From assembly GCA_020353515.1 (NCBI GenBank), contig CP070695.1, positions 3,774,277 through 3,838,276 of the forward strand: 64,000 bases of DNA. Reading direction: 5' to 3'. The DNA comes from Candidatus Heimdallarchaeota archaeon. Lineage in GTDB: Archaea > Asgardarchaeota > Heimdallarchaeia > Hodarchaeales > Hodarchaeaceae. Both the position numbers and the translations under genes were made by a program. Below the pieces are notes generated by a model. The model was not told the DNA's origin. It worked only from the letters and a program-made list of their open reading frames with translations, and ran no database searches. Shown in pieces: positions 1 through 10,059 of the stretch; position 1 is the first letter of the stretch, and each line of letters opens with the position of its first letter.

Positions 1-1470
1 ACTGGAGAAAGTTCCAGCGTTGACAAAAACAGTTTCTTCCACCTGCATTGTGGTAGCATAATGATCCAGTCCAGATAATACTAAGGGGACTCTATGGCTA
101 GTGACAAAATCAATGACGTCACCTGCGTCTGTGACAGCTCGTTTAAAACGGGCACGGGGTATTGGCAAGACACTGTGGTGCATTACAACTAAGAAAAATT
201 TATACGATCCGTATGTATCAAATTCATGGTCGATCATCGTTAACCGACTTCGTCCAACATGGCCAGATGCCTCTGGTCCAGTATCAATACCAAGAACCCT
301 AAGATTTGGGTCCTCATAAATAGGATCTAATGGGCCTACCTGTTGAACCCACATCTCACGGCCAAACGGTTGTAAGTCTCGAGAACCAGGCACAATTAGA
401 TATGGAATATTAAAATCTCTAAGCTCTTTCAATTTTATTTTAGCAACTGCAAAATCCTCTGGATAAGCATCGTTTGTTAGATCCCCACAATGGATAAGTA
501 AGTTAGGTTTCTCTCGGATCATCATTTTAATTCCAAGATTATAGACTTCAGCAAGGAAATGGCTCCCTGGGCTGAAATGAGTATCTGAAAACTGACAAAT
601 CCTTGATATGATTTTATCACCTGGAACAATATACCCAGCCTGGGGTTTGAGTTCCCCTTTCAATATTGATACGGATTCTTCAACAGGTTCTTGGAATTTC
701 GAGTAGGATTCTATCCCATGAATATTGATATCCAATCTTTCATTGGCAAAATTAAGATCTACAAAAGTATGTCCTGCCTTTCCACGTGTTTTAAAACTAC
801 TAAAAGTACCAGAATTCACTAGCAAACAACTTCTAATGCCATTTGATAGGGAAAAGATATTTGGGTAATGTCTATGAGCAGTAATTATCACATCAATCCC
901 TGCATCCCAAATGACCTGCATTACATCTCCTGCATCTAATATCATCGATCTTTCTCTCCCCGTATTTGGAATAGGTAATAGATGATGGTGAAAACATAAT
1001 ATCTTTACTAAATCATCACCATAACTCTGGAGTTCATGAATTGCTTCAAGTCCACGATCTCCGATTCTCCCAATATTTTCATCAGGTTCGGAACTGTCAA
1101 TTCCTAGGATGACCATATTCCCTCCATTCTTTGTAGTATCTATGAAAAACTGCCGTTCACCGAAGAAATCTTTCCAAAGTTTATCTCCGATGTTACGCAT
1201 ATCGTGATTCCCCGTTAAAGTAAAGAAATTATCAACATCTGAAAAATTTGCATCTAGAAGCTTTTTGGCGTACACAAAATCCTCATACGTGCCTGAATCT
1301 GTAATGTCTCCAAGGTGAAGAAGATAAGCAGTAGGATTAGCTTTTATTAAGCCCTTGATCAGTTTAACACCTGTTGTAAAAGCTTTTTTATTGAAAAGAC
1401 CAGTAAATTTAGAGATATGGCTATCAGAAAAAATTATCACTTCTTCTTTTTGCGAAGAATCATTTGACAC
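1..1470 (-). CDS. Tandem two-domain calcineurin-like metallophosphoesterase (CpdA/Icc-like), 3' end beyond window edge
   Basis: Absent from the ORF track. Manual translation from GTG at 1470 is open to position 1. Domain 1 has SDSH, HLGDITD, GNHD, FHHH, AHRH; domain 2 has SDTH, HCGDLTND, GSRD, MHH, GLDH. Confidence 0.88.
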   Translation of the reverse strand, partial: MSNDSSQKEEVIIFSDSHISKFTGLFNKKAFTTGVKLIKGLIKANPTAYLLHLGDITDSGTYEDFVYAKKLLDANFSDVDNFFTLTGNHDMRNIGDKLWKDFFGERQFFIDTTKNGGNMVILGIDSSEPDENIGRIGDRGLEAIHELQSYGDDLVKILCFHHHLLPIPNTGRERSMILDAGDVMQVIWDAGIDVIITAHRHYPNIFSLSNGIRSCLLVNSGTFSSFKTRGKAGHTFVDLNFANERLDINIHGIESYSKFQEPVEESVSILKGELKPQAGYIVPGDKIISRICQFSDTHFSPGSHFLAEVYNLGIKMMIREKPNLLIHCGDLTNDAYPEDFAVAKIKLKELRDFNIPYLIVPGSRDLQPFGREMWVQQVGPLDPIYEDPNLRVLGIDTGPEASGHVGRSRLTMIDHEFDTYGSYKFFLVVMHHSVLPIPRARFKRAVTDAGDVIDFVTSHRVPLVLSGLDHYATTMQVEETVFVNAGTFSS

Positions 1471-1785
1471 TTTGTTTTCACCCTTTAGGGATTTTATTTA
1501 ACCTTGGTAAGATAAAAATTCTTCCATTTTCGAGATTTAGTTACACATTCTCGAATAATAGTCATCTCATCAATCTATCGATTATTAAACTGTAAAGGAA
1601 GTAGCGTTCTTCTTGTAGAATAACTTATGAAAAAAGAAATATTCATAAGAAATTAAGTAAGATTGGAATACCCGAAAGATCGTTGTATTAAATCTGTTAT
1701 CATCTGAAATATCCCTTTTTTTGCTAATCTATCATGGTATGGGAAGATAATTTTTCTTTTTTGAATATTAAACTGGTGTAAGAGT

Positions 1786-3918
1786 ATGTCTTCACTCATT
1801 AAATGTCCTAAATGTTTAGGGGAAGGTAAAGTACTTGTTATACAGAAGAATAAATGCCCTACTTGCCGAGGAATGGGCTCGACAAAAATAATAATCGGTT
1901 CTAAACCAAAAGGTAAAGATAAATGTAACGATTGCTCAGGTACTGGTCAGATTGAGAAAGAAGTTACAAAAATTTGTCCCCTATGCAAAGGGAAAGGATC
2001 AAAAGATAATCTATGTATTCTCTGCGATAAATCGGCACCAATGGGTCAGCAAATGTGCTCAGATTGTATAAAAAAGCCACTGATCTATGAGCTTGTACCA
2101 CCAGCATCCTTTGAAGCAGTTGAATTCATGAAAATATATTCTGCCAAGATTGTCAAAAAAACTAATTTTGGGTTCTTTGTGCAACTAACACCAAAAGTAG
2201 AGGGATTGATTCGTGATAAAAGGTTTAAAGGGAAAGAAGGTGACAAGTTATACGTTAAATTGAAAAATAAAAAGGGAGAGAAATTAGAATTCCAAAACAT
2301 GAAAATCAACAATATTTCTCAATTTTCAATCAAACGGGTACATGATCCTGTACCCTTACAAAAGATCAATGTGAATCGAGAGATTGGATCTTTTTTCTCG
2401 ATTCATGCACGTGTTGAGAATATTCGTCAAATCCCTCGGGGGCCAAAAGTATTCACATTAGTGGATGAAACAGGTGTAATTGAAGCTGCTGCATTCCAAC
2501 TTGAACATGCTGAAGAAATCGAAGTTGGAAAAATTGTTGAAGTCATGGGAGAATATACCCGTCATCGAGGCACTGATCAAATCGAAATCTCGGATATTTT
2601 CATCGTTGAAGAGGCTTATGCAAATGCTTTTACTCAGAAAATGGAAAATGTGCTCGATAAACGGAGTGAGCCACAAATAATCGAATTTTTAGTTAAATCT
2701 GAAACTTTAGAGTTATTAAAGGCCAAATTTGTCTCTATTGCCAAACGAATTCGTCGAGCATTACTCGACTTTCAACCTGTGGTAATTAGGCACCATAATG
2801 ATTGCGATGGGATCGTTGCGGGAATTGCACTGGAGATTGCTTGCCGTGAATTGTGGTTTCAATTGTTCGGACTTTCTGATGAGGAAAAGCTAAGGCATCT
2901 TCTCAAAAGAACCCCAAATAAACCCCCTTTTTATGATCCTCTAGATGCAGTGAGAGATCTTGACTTTGCTTTATCAGATCAGGATAGATTTGGTGATAAA
3001 ATGCCTCTTCTAGTATTCTTGGATACTGGAAGTAGTGATGAAAGCCTATTTTCGTATAAACTCTTGAAATCTTATGGAATCGAAATTATAGTAGTAGATC
3101 ATCATTTCCCCTCCAGTTCCATCCAAGATACCATTGATACTCATCTCAATGTATATTTTGTTGGGAGTGACTATAACATATGTGCTGGTATGTTAGGTTG
3201 TGAAATGGCTAGATGGATTCATCCCGACATTTCTGAGCGTATTTGTCATCTCCCTGCTATTGCAGGAAAAGGTGATCGAGTTGAAGGAGAAGAATTTAAC
3301 CAATATCTCGCGTTATCGATAAAAAAGGATTATTCAGAGAGCTTTTTAGAAGACATTGCCGTGGCTGTTGATTATCAAGCCTATTTCTTGAAATTTTCTC
3401 CTGGCCGCCTTCTTTTAAGTGATTTACTAGGATTGCAAGGAAAACAAGAGAAACAAATTAATTATGTCAAATTATTATCAACAGAGGCCCGAATGCATTT
3501 AGAAAACCAACTTCAGATCTCTTTAGAATATGTACAAGAAGAAACACTTGTTAATGGTATTTTTTTGACAATTTTAGATGTAGAAAATTATGCAAGTCGG
3601 TTTGATTATCCTCCACCTGGAAAGATTACAGGGTCTCTATTTGATCATTTTGCTAAAAAGAATCCAAAATCTGCACTTGTAACTATTGGCTTAGGTCCTG
3701 ATTTTGCGATTTTTCGCTCCCAGAATTTTAAACTTAATTTTCCTAGGTTGGTAAAGAATTGTGCAAAAAAAATCCCTCATGCAGGTGTCGAAGGTGGAGG
3801 ACATGAAGTTGTGGGAAGTATGAAGTTCATTACAGGCGCTAGAGAAGAGATAATAGAACAAATCCGTGAATTACTTACATTAATTGAAATCCCTTCCCAT
3901 CCAAAAAAGGTGGATTGA
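1786..3918 (+). CDS. Archaeal RecJ-like DHH phosphoesterase with DnaJ-type Zn finger, S1 and OB domains
   Basis: Four CxxCxGxG repeats, S1-like FGFFVQL, OB-like TLVDETG, HHNDCDG, LDTGS, VVDHH, GGGH. Confidence 0.88.
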   Translation: MSSLIKCPKCLGEGKVLVIQKNKCPTCRGMGSTKIIIGSKPKGKDKCNDCSGTGQIEKEVTKICPLCKGKGSKDNLCILCDKSAPMGQQMCSDCIKKPLIYELVPPASFEAVEFMKIYSAKIVKKTNFGFFVQLTPKVEGLIRDKRFKGKEGDKLYVKLKNKKGEKLEFQNMKINNISQFSIKRVHDPVPLQKINVNREIGSFFSIHARVENIRQIPRGPKVFTLVDETGVIEAAAFQLEHAEEIEVGKIVEVMGEYTRHRGTDQIEISDIFIVEEAYANAFTQKMENVLDKRSEPQIIEFLVKSETLELLKAKFVSIAKRIRRALLDFQPVVIRHHNDCDGIVAGIALEIACRELWFQLFGLSDEEKLRHLLKRTPNKPPFYDPLDAVRDLDFALSDQDRFGDKMPLLVFLDTGSSDESLFSYKLLKSYGIEIIVVDHHFPSSSIQDTIDTHLNVYFVGSDYNICAGMLGCEMARWIHPDISERICHLPAIAGKGDRVEGEEFNQYLALSIKKDYSESFLEDIAVAVDYQAYFLKFSPGRLLLSDLLGLQGKQEKQINYVKLLSTEARMHLENQLQISLEYVQEETLVNGIFLTILDVENYASRFDYPPPGKITGSLFDHFAKKNPKSALVTIGLGPDFAIFRSQNFKLNFPRLVKNCAKKIPHAGVEGGGHEVVGSMKFITGAREEIIEQIRELLTLIEIPSHPKKVD

Positions 3919-4529
3919 CTCAGAGAGTAATGGTTATGGTAATAATACGTGATTACTCTTCTTCGGACGAGGATAATTGGATTCAATGCCAGCTTCAATC
4001 TTACTTAGAATCACCTTATTATGATGTCTTGAATAAATTCAAACCGCGATATGAAAATCCAGCCATTGAGTTGATTGCGTTAGTGAAAGGCAATCTAGTG
4101 GGGATTTTAGACATTGAAATTGAACAAAAGAAAGGTCAATTCTGTTTTGATGAAACTGAACGGAGCGGGATGATCTCTGTCATTGGGGTACTTTTACAAT
4201 ATAGAAGGAAGAGTATAGGTTCAAAATTAATTGAAAAGGGAATTGAATTAGTTCGAGATAATTTTGATGTTCATCGAATCGAAATTTGGATTCGTGAAGA
4301 TCCTGTAACAATTTTATGGTTGAAAAAAAACCAGTTTCAAAAGATCCATAAATTTTATGAAGTGATTCTAACAACTGATTTCTTCGATAAATATCAAGTT
4401 GAATTGCCATTTGGAATAATACCATCATTTCTTACAGGAAATGTGGAATCAGAAGGATTTTTTCAATTAACGCAACAACATCCTCCTGAAAGGACATTTC
4501 CCATTCTTATTTATGAAAGATGGTTTTAA
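3915..4529 (+). CDS. GNAT family N-acetyltransferase
   Basis: Motif A-like IGVLLQYRRKSIGSKLI; abuts the upstream gene; true start may be slightly downstream. Confidence 0.8.
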   Translation: MTQRVMVMVIIRDYSSSDEDNWIQCQLQSYLESPYYDVLNKFKPRYENPAIELIALVKGNLVGILDIEIEQKKGQFCFDETERSGMISVIGVLLQYRRKSIGSKLIEKGIELVRDNFDVHRIEIWIREDPVTILWLKKNQFQKIHKFYEVILTTDFFDKYQVELPFGIIPSFLTGNVESEGFFQLTQQHPPERTFPILIYERWF

Positions 4530-4548
4530 GTGATCTTTACAGGAAAAA

Positions 4549-5649
4549 TCAGAAGAGCTCATCAATTGGATCGAAGAGTATGAATTTTTCAGCTTGCTCA
4601 CTTTGACTGATTGTTTCCATAATCTTCCTCACAAGGCTGGATGCCTTATCAAGTCCTTCTTCTTCGAAAATTGAGATGTGTTCCCATCCCACATGCCGCC
4701 AACCTGTGAGATGCGACATCTTATTGAGTTCTTCCTCAAAATTAATGATATCAGTCTCATTTGCGAGTAATTTTTCAAGAATTATGTCATTAATTTGATC
4801 AGCAGAGATATCAGCTGGAATTATTGGTTCCGATCCAGCTTTAGGATACTTTCTAACTAAATCAGTCCAATTCGTGTCTAATTCTAACATAGTTGGCCTC
4901 ATGTCATTGAGTAATCCAAGAATTGCTAGTTCATCACCAGGTTCCTCTTGTTGACTCAAACCTAATGTTAGAGCTCTGCTGAAGATACGACAATTAACCA
5001 AACTAAACCCTCCGAGCAACATTCTCCCCTTTCGGGCGTTTCCTGGTTCTAATCCTGTGAAATATTTTTGTTCTAATGCATTAGCAATAATCTGTTCCAT
5101 CTGAGTAAAAGGAATCTTTTCGATATTATTCCCTAATTCAAAACTACGTTGAGATATTCTAAAACCCCTTGAATAATAAGTTACACCTTCTCGTTTTGCG
5201 TTAGCTATCCCCTCAACTATTGTTTCACCGAAAGTATCAGCATCACTAGTTATTGAATCATTAAGATCCTTTTTTGTAACTATAAAAGAGATTGGATAAT
5301 TATTATAAGGTAATACGCTTGAAATTGATGAGGCCTGTTGTAGAGAGTTAATCCAGAATTGTTTCGTGCAAGAATCCAGAATTGCAACAATTGCTTCAGC
5401 AGTTGAGCCAAATCTTTCTCTTAGTTTTGCCCATTTCTCCTGTCCTCCGATTGGTAATAATAAGCTATAGAAATTTCCTTCATCAAATGAAACTTTTAGA
5501 TATTCGGTTTCTATAGTCCCAGCAAAATCTTCTAGGTATTCCATAGAACTATCAGTTCGGGCAGCTAATTTCGTTACAGTTGCAGTTTTACCGCCTCCTT
5601 GTGTCCCAACCACTAGAATTCTGCCCGCATTGATTATTTTTTTCTGCAT
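4549..5649 (-). CDS. Atypical Ras-superfamily (MglA/Arf/Rag-like) small GTPase with a large G4-G5 insertion
   Basis: G1 GTQGGGKT, G2 Thr in AGTIET, G3-like PIGGQEKW, G4 TKKD (aa125-128), G5-like HISIF..EGL (from aa324). Confidence 0.75.
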   Translation of the reverse strand: MQKKIINAGRILVVGTQGGGKTATVTKLAARTDSSMEYLEDFAGTIETEYLKVSFDEGNFYSLLLPIGGQEKWAKLRERFGSTAEAIVAILDSCTKQFWINSLQQASSISSVLPYNNYPISFIVTKKDLNDSITSDADTFGETIVEGIANAKREGVTYYSRGFRISQRSFELGNNIEKIPFTQMEQIIANALEQKYFTGLEPGNARKGRMLLGGFSLVNCRIFSRALTLGLSQQEEPGDELAILGLLNDMRPTMLELDTNWTDLVRKYPKAGSEPIIPADISADQINDIILEKLLANETDIINFEEELNKMSHLTGWRHVGWEHISIFEEEGLDKASSLVRKIMETISQSEQAEKFILFDPIDELF

Positions 5650-5670
5650 AATGATTTCTCCTTTTTTATA

Positions 5671-7602
5671 TCAAAGACCTGCAATGATTGTCCTCAAATC
5701 TTTTGGATCATTTGCCCTAGCTTGATCCAAAATTAATCGCAGATTATTTTTTTCAGGACCCATTTTTAGAAATTTATGGGGACGAAAAATTACCTCAACA
5801 GGATCAATTCCTTCTTCTGATAAGATATCTATTTCTTTGAATACCAATGCTTGAAGCCTATCTCCTTCCACACCATAATAAACGATGAAAGTTTCTTCAT
5901 CAATTGTGTAAACCGTTTGTCTTAGTTTCACATTTTCTCTCAATTGACTTACTTTATGTGTGGGCATGTTGAGAGCTTCTACAAGTAATGCTTCTAGCAA
6001 TTCATTAATATCAAAATACCAGGGATACCCTCCTAATTGAGCAAAACGATATTGAAACAAGAAATCATCCCGACTCCAGACACTCATAGTCTGAGGAAGA
6101 AGCCCTTTATCTCGTGTGAGGTAATCTATACCTTTCTTGAAATCTGTTTGAACAAGAGAGACTGGGATGAACTTCTTCGATGTAACTAGTCTTGACCGAT
6201 CTTCATCTTTAAAAAGACTCTTGATCAAGGATACTGCTAGTGATTCTTCTTTTACTAAAGCTTCTTCTAAGATAGTTAACAAGCTACTACCTATATAGTT
6301 CCACATTCTATGGGGAAGTTGGTCAGTAACAATGTAATTCCCCTCTCGGGTATCATTTCGGTCAACACGTCCAGAAAGGACAGAGTTTGCTAATCTTTGA
6401 CAAGCCTCTAAAACATCAAATTTAGGCTGCTTGTCCGAGATCAACAATAATGTCGATCGTAGGATTGCTGTCTCCACTCCACTATAATCGTATATCCAAC
6501 ATTGACTCCCTAATTCCATAACATTCTCAATTTCAAATTGAGCACTTTGCATAAATGCATTTTCTTGTTTTAATTCATGAAAGGGGCCTAATATCCGCTC
6601 AAAAATGTCTCCTAGATCACTGATGTTTCCCAAAATCTCCTTACGTCTATGTTTATCCATGAAGGAAAGCCCTATAAGATGTCTTTCTGTAGTAGAATCT
6701 CCACCTCTGATTTCTTCGTCATCACTTACAGTTTTGCGACGAAGGGCAAATTTTAACCAGTCAAGAAATTTACTGATTGGGTATCTGTCAGTTGCATCAT
6801 CATATACCTGATATAGACTGCTTTTCTCAGAAACAGGTAAACCAGGTAAAAGAGTTCTTATAATCTCATTAACTTGCATTTCTGTGAAATGACCGTCATT
6901 TGGATCCCTTTTGTATTTACTCCATTCAAATTGCTCTTCAACACGTCTGAACGAGAGTCTTGTTTCAATCAAATTCTCAATCTGACGATCTGCTGTAGAA
7001 CTGTGTTTCTTTTGTTGTAAACAGTCTTCAGCCACCGCGGAAAGAATTATTGAATCACAGAGAGTATTATTTTTATTATAAAAGTAATTTGGCCCAAAAT
7101 ATGACGACTTAACTTCGTTCAACACTTCAAGTACTTCTAAGTGCTCTGTATAAGGCCATAAAACTAGTCCAAACAATTGTGGCAGTTCTGCACGGTGTGC
7201 AGCGAATAATAACTTGTTTCTTTGGCTTAGGATGTAACCCCGCAACTGTTTGATTTCCGAGAATAATGATTGAATAACTGGATTCTTACTTTCCTCAATC
7301 TCACGCCAATATTTGAGGCCTTCCTGTTTTAGTTGAAACTTGATCTTGTACTGTAATTCTTGTAACTGGGCTTCTAATTCAGTTAATTCTTCTGTTATTG
7401 GGACAATCACTGGCGCAAGCCATTGCGAAATCATTTGGTAAGATGAATGCATCCGCTGGGTCATGAGCCTAAAATCATCTAATTTTGAAGGCAAATTCCG
7501 CGCTAAACGAATGACTTCCAGCTGAGGAGCTAAATATTCTACTCCAGTAGATCCAACTTTAACTTTCAGCATCTCTTCAACATTTGCTAAATCAGTAACC
7601 AT
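5671..7602 (-). CDS. Hypothetical protein (N-terminal coiled coil, central EF-hand-like pair), GTPase operon
   Basis: 643-aa ORF, 3-nt and 21-nt gaps to its neighbours; heptads TEELTELEAQLQELQYKIK. Confidence 0.8.
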   Translation of the reverse strand: MVTDLANVEEMLKVKVGSTGVEYLAPQLEVIRLARNLPSKLDDFRLMTQRMHSSYQMISQWLAPVIVPITEELTELEAQLQELQYKIKFQLKQEGLKYWREIEESKNPVIQSLFSEIKQLRGYILSQRNKLLFAAHRAELPQLFGLVLWPYTEHLEVLEVLNEVKSSYFGPNYFYNKNNTLCDSIILSAVAEDCLQQKKHSSTADRQIENLIETRLSFRRVEEQFEWSKYKRDPNDGHFTEMQVNEIIRTLLPGLPVSEKSSLYQVYDDATDRYPISKFLDWLKFALRRKTVSDDEEIRGGDSTTERHLIGLSFMDKHRRKEILGNISDLGDIFERILGPFHELKQENAFMQSAQFEIENVMELGSQCWIYDYSGVETAILRSTLLLISDKQPKFDVLEACQRLANSVLSGRVDRNDTREGNYIVTDQLPHRMWNYIGSSLLTILEEALVKEESLAVSLIKSLFKDEDRSRLVTSKKFIPVSLVQTDFKKGIDYLTRDKGLLPQTMSVWSRDDFLFQYRFAQLGGYPWYFDINELLEALLVEALNMPTHKVSQLRENVKLRQTVYTIDEETFIVYYGVEGDRLQALVFKEIDILSEEGIDPVEVIFRPHKFLKMGPEKNNLRLILDQARANDPKDLRTIIAGL

Positions 7603-7605
7603 TAG

Positions 7606-9315
7606 TTAGTCCTCCTTGCTTTCCTCTCTTTCCTCTTCCTTCTTGATTAAGCTCAAAAAATTGAATTGAGGATGAATGACATCGTTAATTAGTGAATTAG
7701 TCACTTTCTGTCTTTTCATTGGTGTCAACGTGGTAGAACCAGAGAATATAATCTCAGCACTTTTCAATCCGAGAATAGTGGAGTAAAGATACGTAATCTC
7801 GGCATCTCTTCCGACCATACCAACAGCTTGAGTTCCATATTGTTTCACGAGAGTTTGAGGATCATCGGTACTTGCTGCCAACTCCTTTCTCAAATCCTGA
7901 TCTCCCATCTCTCGCATTACAGTTTCCACTTCAGTTTTCATTTCATCAAAATAGTGTTCACCACGGGGTAGAAGGCGCTTATGCGGTTCTCGTATCGCAT
8001 CCTCTACTAGATGCTCTTTATCTGTTCCAATGTTTTCATGCATTATCGAAACAGTTTGAAGTATTTCATCTCTGATTTCTTCTGTTAAAACGTATTTCTT
8101 CATGTTGTTTATACGCTTATTCATAATAAGTCGGGATTGTATTCTCCCACCAACCCCCTCTGGTTCGGGGATTTGATTTGATAAATACTCTAAAACTGAT
8201 TCCATCATTTCAAGACCAAGATCATGACAAATTTTTGTAGAATCATAATTTGACAAAGTTATTGGCAATAAGAAGCTCTCATCTGTGAGCTCTGAAAAAA
8301 GATCATTCCTAGAATTTATTAGATGAATCACTTCACTAGTAAATCCTTTAAAATCTAATTTAGAGGCATAATCAGTCTTTAATGTTGCAGAGAAACGTTC
8401 TTTATGCGATTCCCATCTATACAGTTTAATTGCTTGGAATAAGGTCCTTTTAATGGCTTCTTCATCAGAGAAGCCCTTGAATAGATCACTTTTTAGATTC
8501 TCAATGTGCGATGAGGCCTGTTTATCAAAATCTAATAGATTACGAAGCCAAAGTTGGAATACACGGAATTTATAATACTCTGAATCCCCTCCAGCCACGT
8601 ACTTGAGAGGGAAATTCAATTTTAGCTTTACTTCTGGATTATCCTTACCAATGAAAGGCCGCATATCTTCCTCCCTCATGTTGGGTTCAATAAATCTCTT
8701 AACCAAGAATTTATCAGATTGTTCAATATCTAACACTAAATCTATAATTTCTTTAATCTCATCATCGGATAAAACAAACATCTTGGTCTTTATAACGTTT
8801 AATAAGCCATAGAGTTCTATTTGGACATGTGAAAATCTCTTAGCCATGACTTCAGGACTTGATGTTTGTATGAATATTCGTCGTTCCTCCTGTTCCTGAT
8901 CAAGATCAGGATCAAGATGTTTAAGCAGCTCTTCTCGTGCCGCTTTAAATTGAGTAAATTTCTCATCTTTCGATTGGAGAGAGGTACGGAGAATAAAATC
9001 TAGTTCAGACTCGGGAAGTGGGGGCAACAGCTTCGTTTGATCAGCAAAGAAGGATATTTCTCCATACCATGGTCTGATCGTCCTCTCTTGGGTTTCAATT
9101 ATTCTTTGGATAATTTTTTGGCGTACTCCTCTTGCATCCCATGCATGGACGGAGTCATCGCCTTTATAGATAGACGCTTTATAAGTTACAGCTTCTGCTG
9201 TTCCTGCTTCAAGAGGATATCTTGCAAAATACGTCTCGCCGAAAACTGAAGAAGCCCATTTATTTTTTGTTGAAATTCGACTCCATTCGGTTCTTGCTTC
9301 ATCAAATACTGACAC
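7606..9315 (-). CDS. Hypothetical alpha-helical protein, GTPase operon
   Basis: 569-aa charged helical ORF with GTG start after a GAGG-like element; no recognisable motif. Confidence 0.8.
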   Translation of the reverse strand: MSVFDEARTEWSRISTKNKWASSVFGETYFARYPLEAGTAEAVTYKASIYKGDDSVHAWDARGVRQKIIQRIIETQERTIRPWYGEISFFADQTKLLPPLPESELDFILRTSLQSKDEKFTQFKAAREELLKHLDPDLDQEQEERRIFIQTSSPEVMAKRFSHVQIELYGLLNVIKTKMFVLSDDEIKEIIDLVLDIEQSDKFLVKRFIEPNMREEDMRPFIGKDNPEVKLKLNFPLKYVAGGDSEYYKFRVFQLWLRNLLDFDKQASSHIENLKSDLFKGFSDEEAIKRTLFQAIKLYRWESHKERFSATLKTDYASKLDFKGFTSEVIHLINSRNDLFSELTDESFLLPITLSNYDSTKICHDLGLEMMESVLEYLSNQIPEPEGVGGRIQSRLIMNKRINNMKKYVLTEEIRDEILQTVSIMHENIGTDKEHLVEDAIREPHKRLLPRGEHYFDEMKTEVETVMREMGDQDLRKELAASTDDPQTLVKQYGTQAVGMVGRDAEITYLYSTILGLKSAEIIFSGSTTLTPMKRQKVTNSLINDVIHPQFNFLSLIKKEEEREESKED

Positions 9316-9485
9316 TTATAGCCCTCATCATTAAACTAATGCGACTAAGTTCTTTAAAGGATTTGCTTATGGATCTTAAATATCAATAATGTTAATGTAC
9401 CGTGAAATTATATTACTCTGTAGATATTTTCATATAACAAGTACAAAGGGTAATGAGAGCTTAAAATTCTAGTGTATCTAGAAAA

Positions 9486-9918
9486 TTAGAATAGTGCCTC
9501 AACTGGGTCAAAGAGTGTAAATTTAGCTGCAGGTTCATTGTCTTTTATTGATACCATAACATGTTTTATTAAATCTGCTGCTCTATCTAATCCTCCCTCT
9601 TCAAATATTGAGATGTGTTCCCATCCAATATTTCGCCATCCAGTCAAATCAGCCTTCATATCTATATCCCTTTCAAAATTCTTAATGTCTTCAGGATTTG
9701 CCAATAATTTATCAAGAATTACTGATTTGATCTCTTCACTGGTGATAGAATCTCGAATAGTTGGTTCAACTCCTGCTGCAGGATATTTCTTCAGAAGATT
9801 AGTCCAATTACTATCTAGTTCCAGCATTGTTGGTCGCATGTCATTTAAAAGTGTAAGGATTGCCATCGAATCACCAGTAGGATCACTTAACGCTAATGTT
9901 AATCCATTAGAATATTCT
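9486..9918 (-). pseudogene. 5'-truncated paralog of the 4549-5649 GTPase (C-terminal third only)
   Basis: The 126 aa (9486-9866) align without gaps to the GTPase C-terminus, about 74/126 identical by manual count. Similarity extends upstream to LTLAL and a frameshifted RIF at ~9918. G1-G4 are absent. Confidence 0.8.
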
Positions 9919-10059
9919 AAGAATAGAACATATTATTTACATTTAAGATATAGTTAATTATTTTTATTCCTTCCCTTTTTCCATTATTACTGTACCCAAT
10001 AGTAAGCATGGCTTTTTTGTAAATATATAATGCGGAGTTTCTGATTATAAAATTCCATA

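Noticed and set aside
9538-9957. 139-aa plus-strand ORF and the other short antisense or nested ORFs in the track
   Set aside because: They are shadows of well-supported genes on the opposite strand or in another frame and carry no motifs
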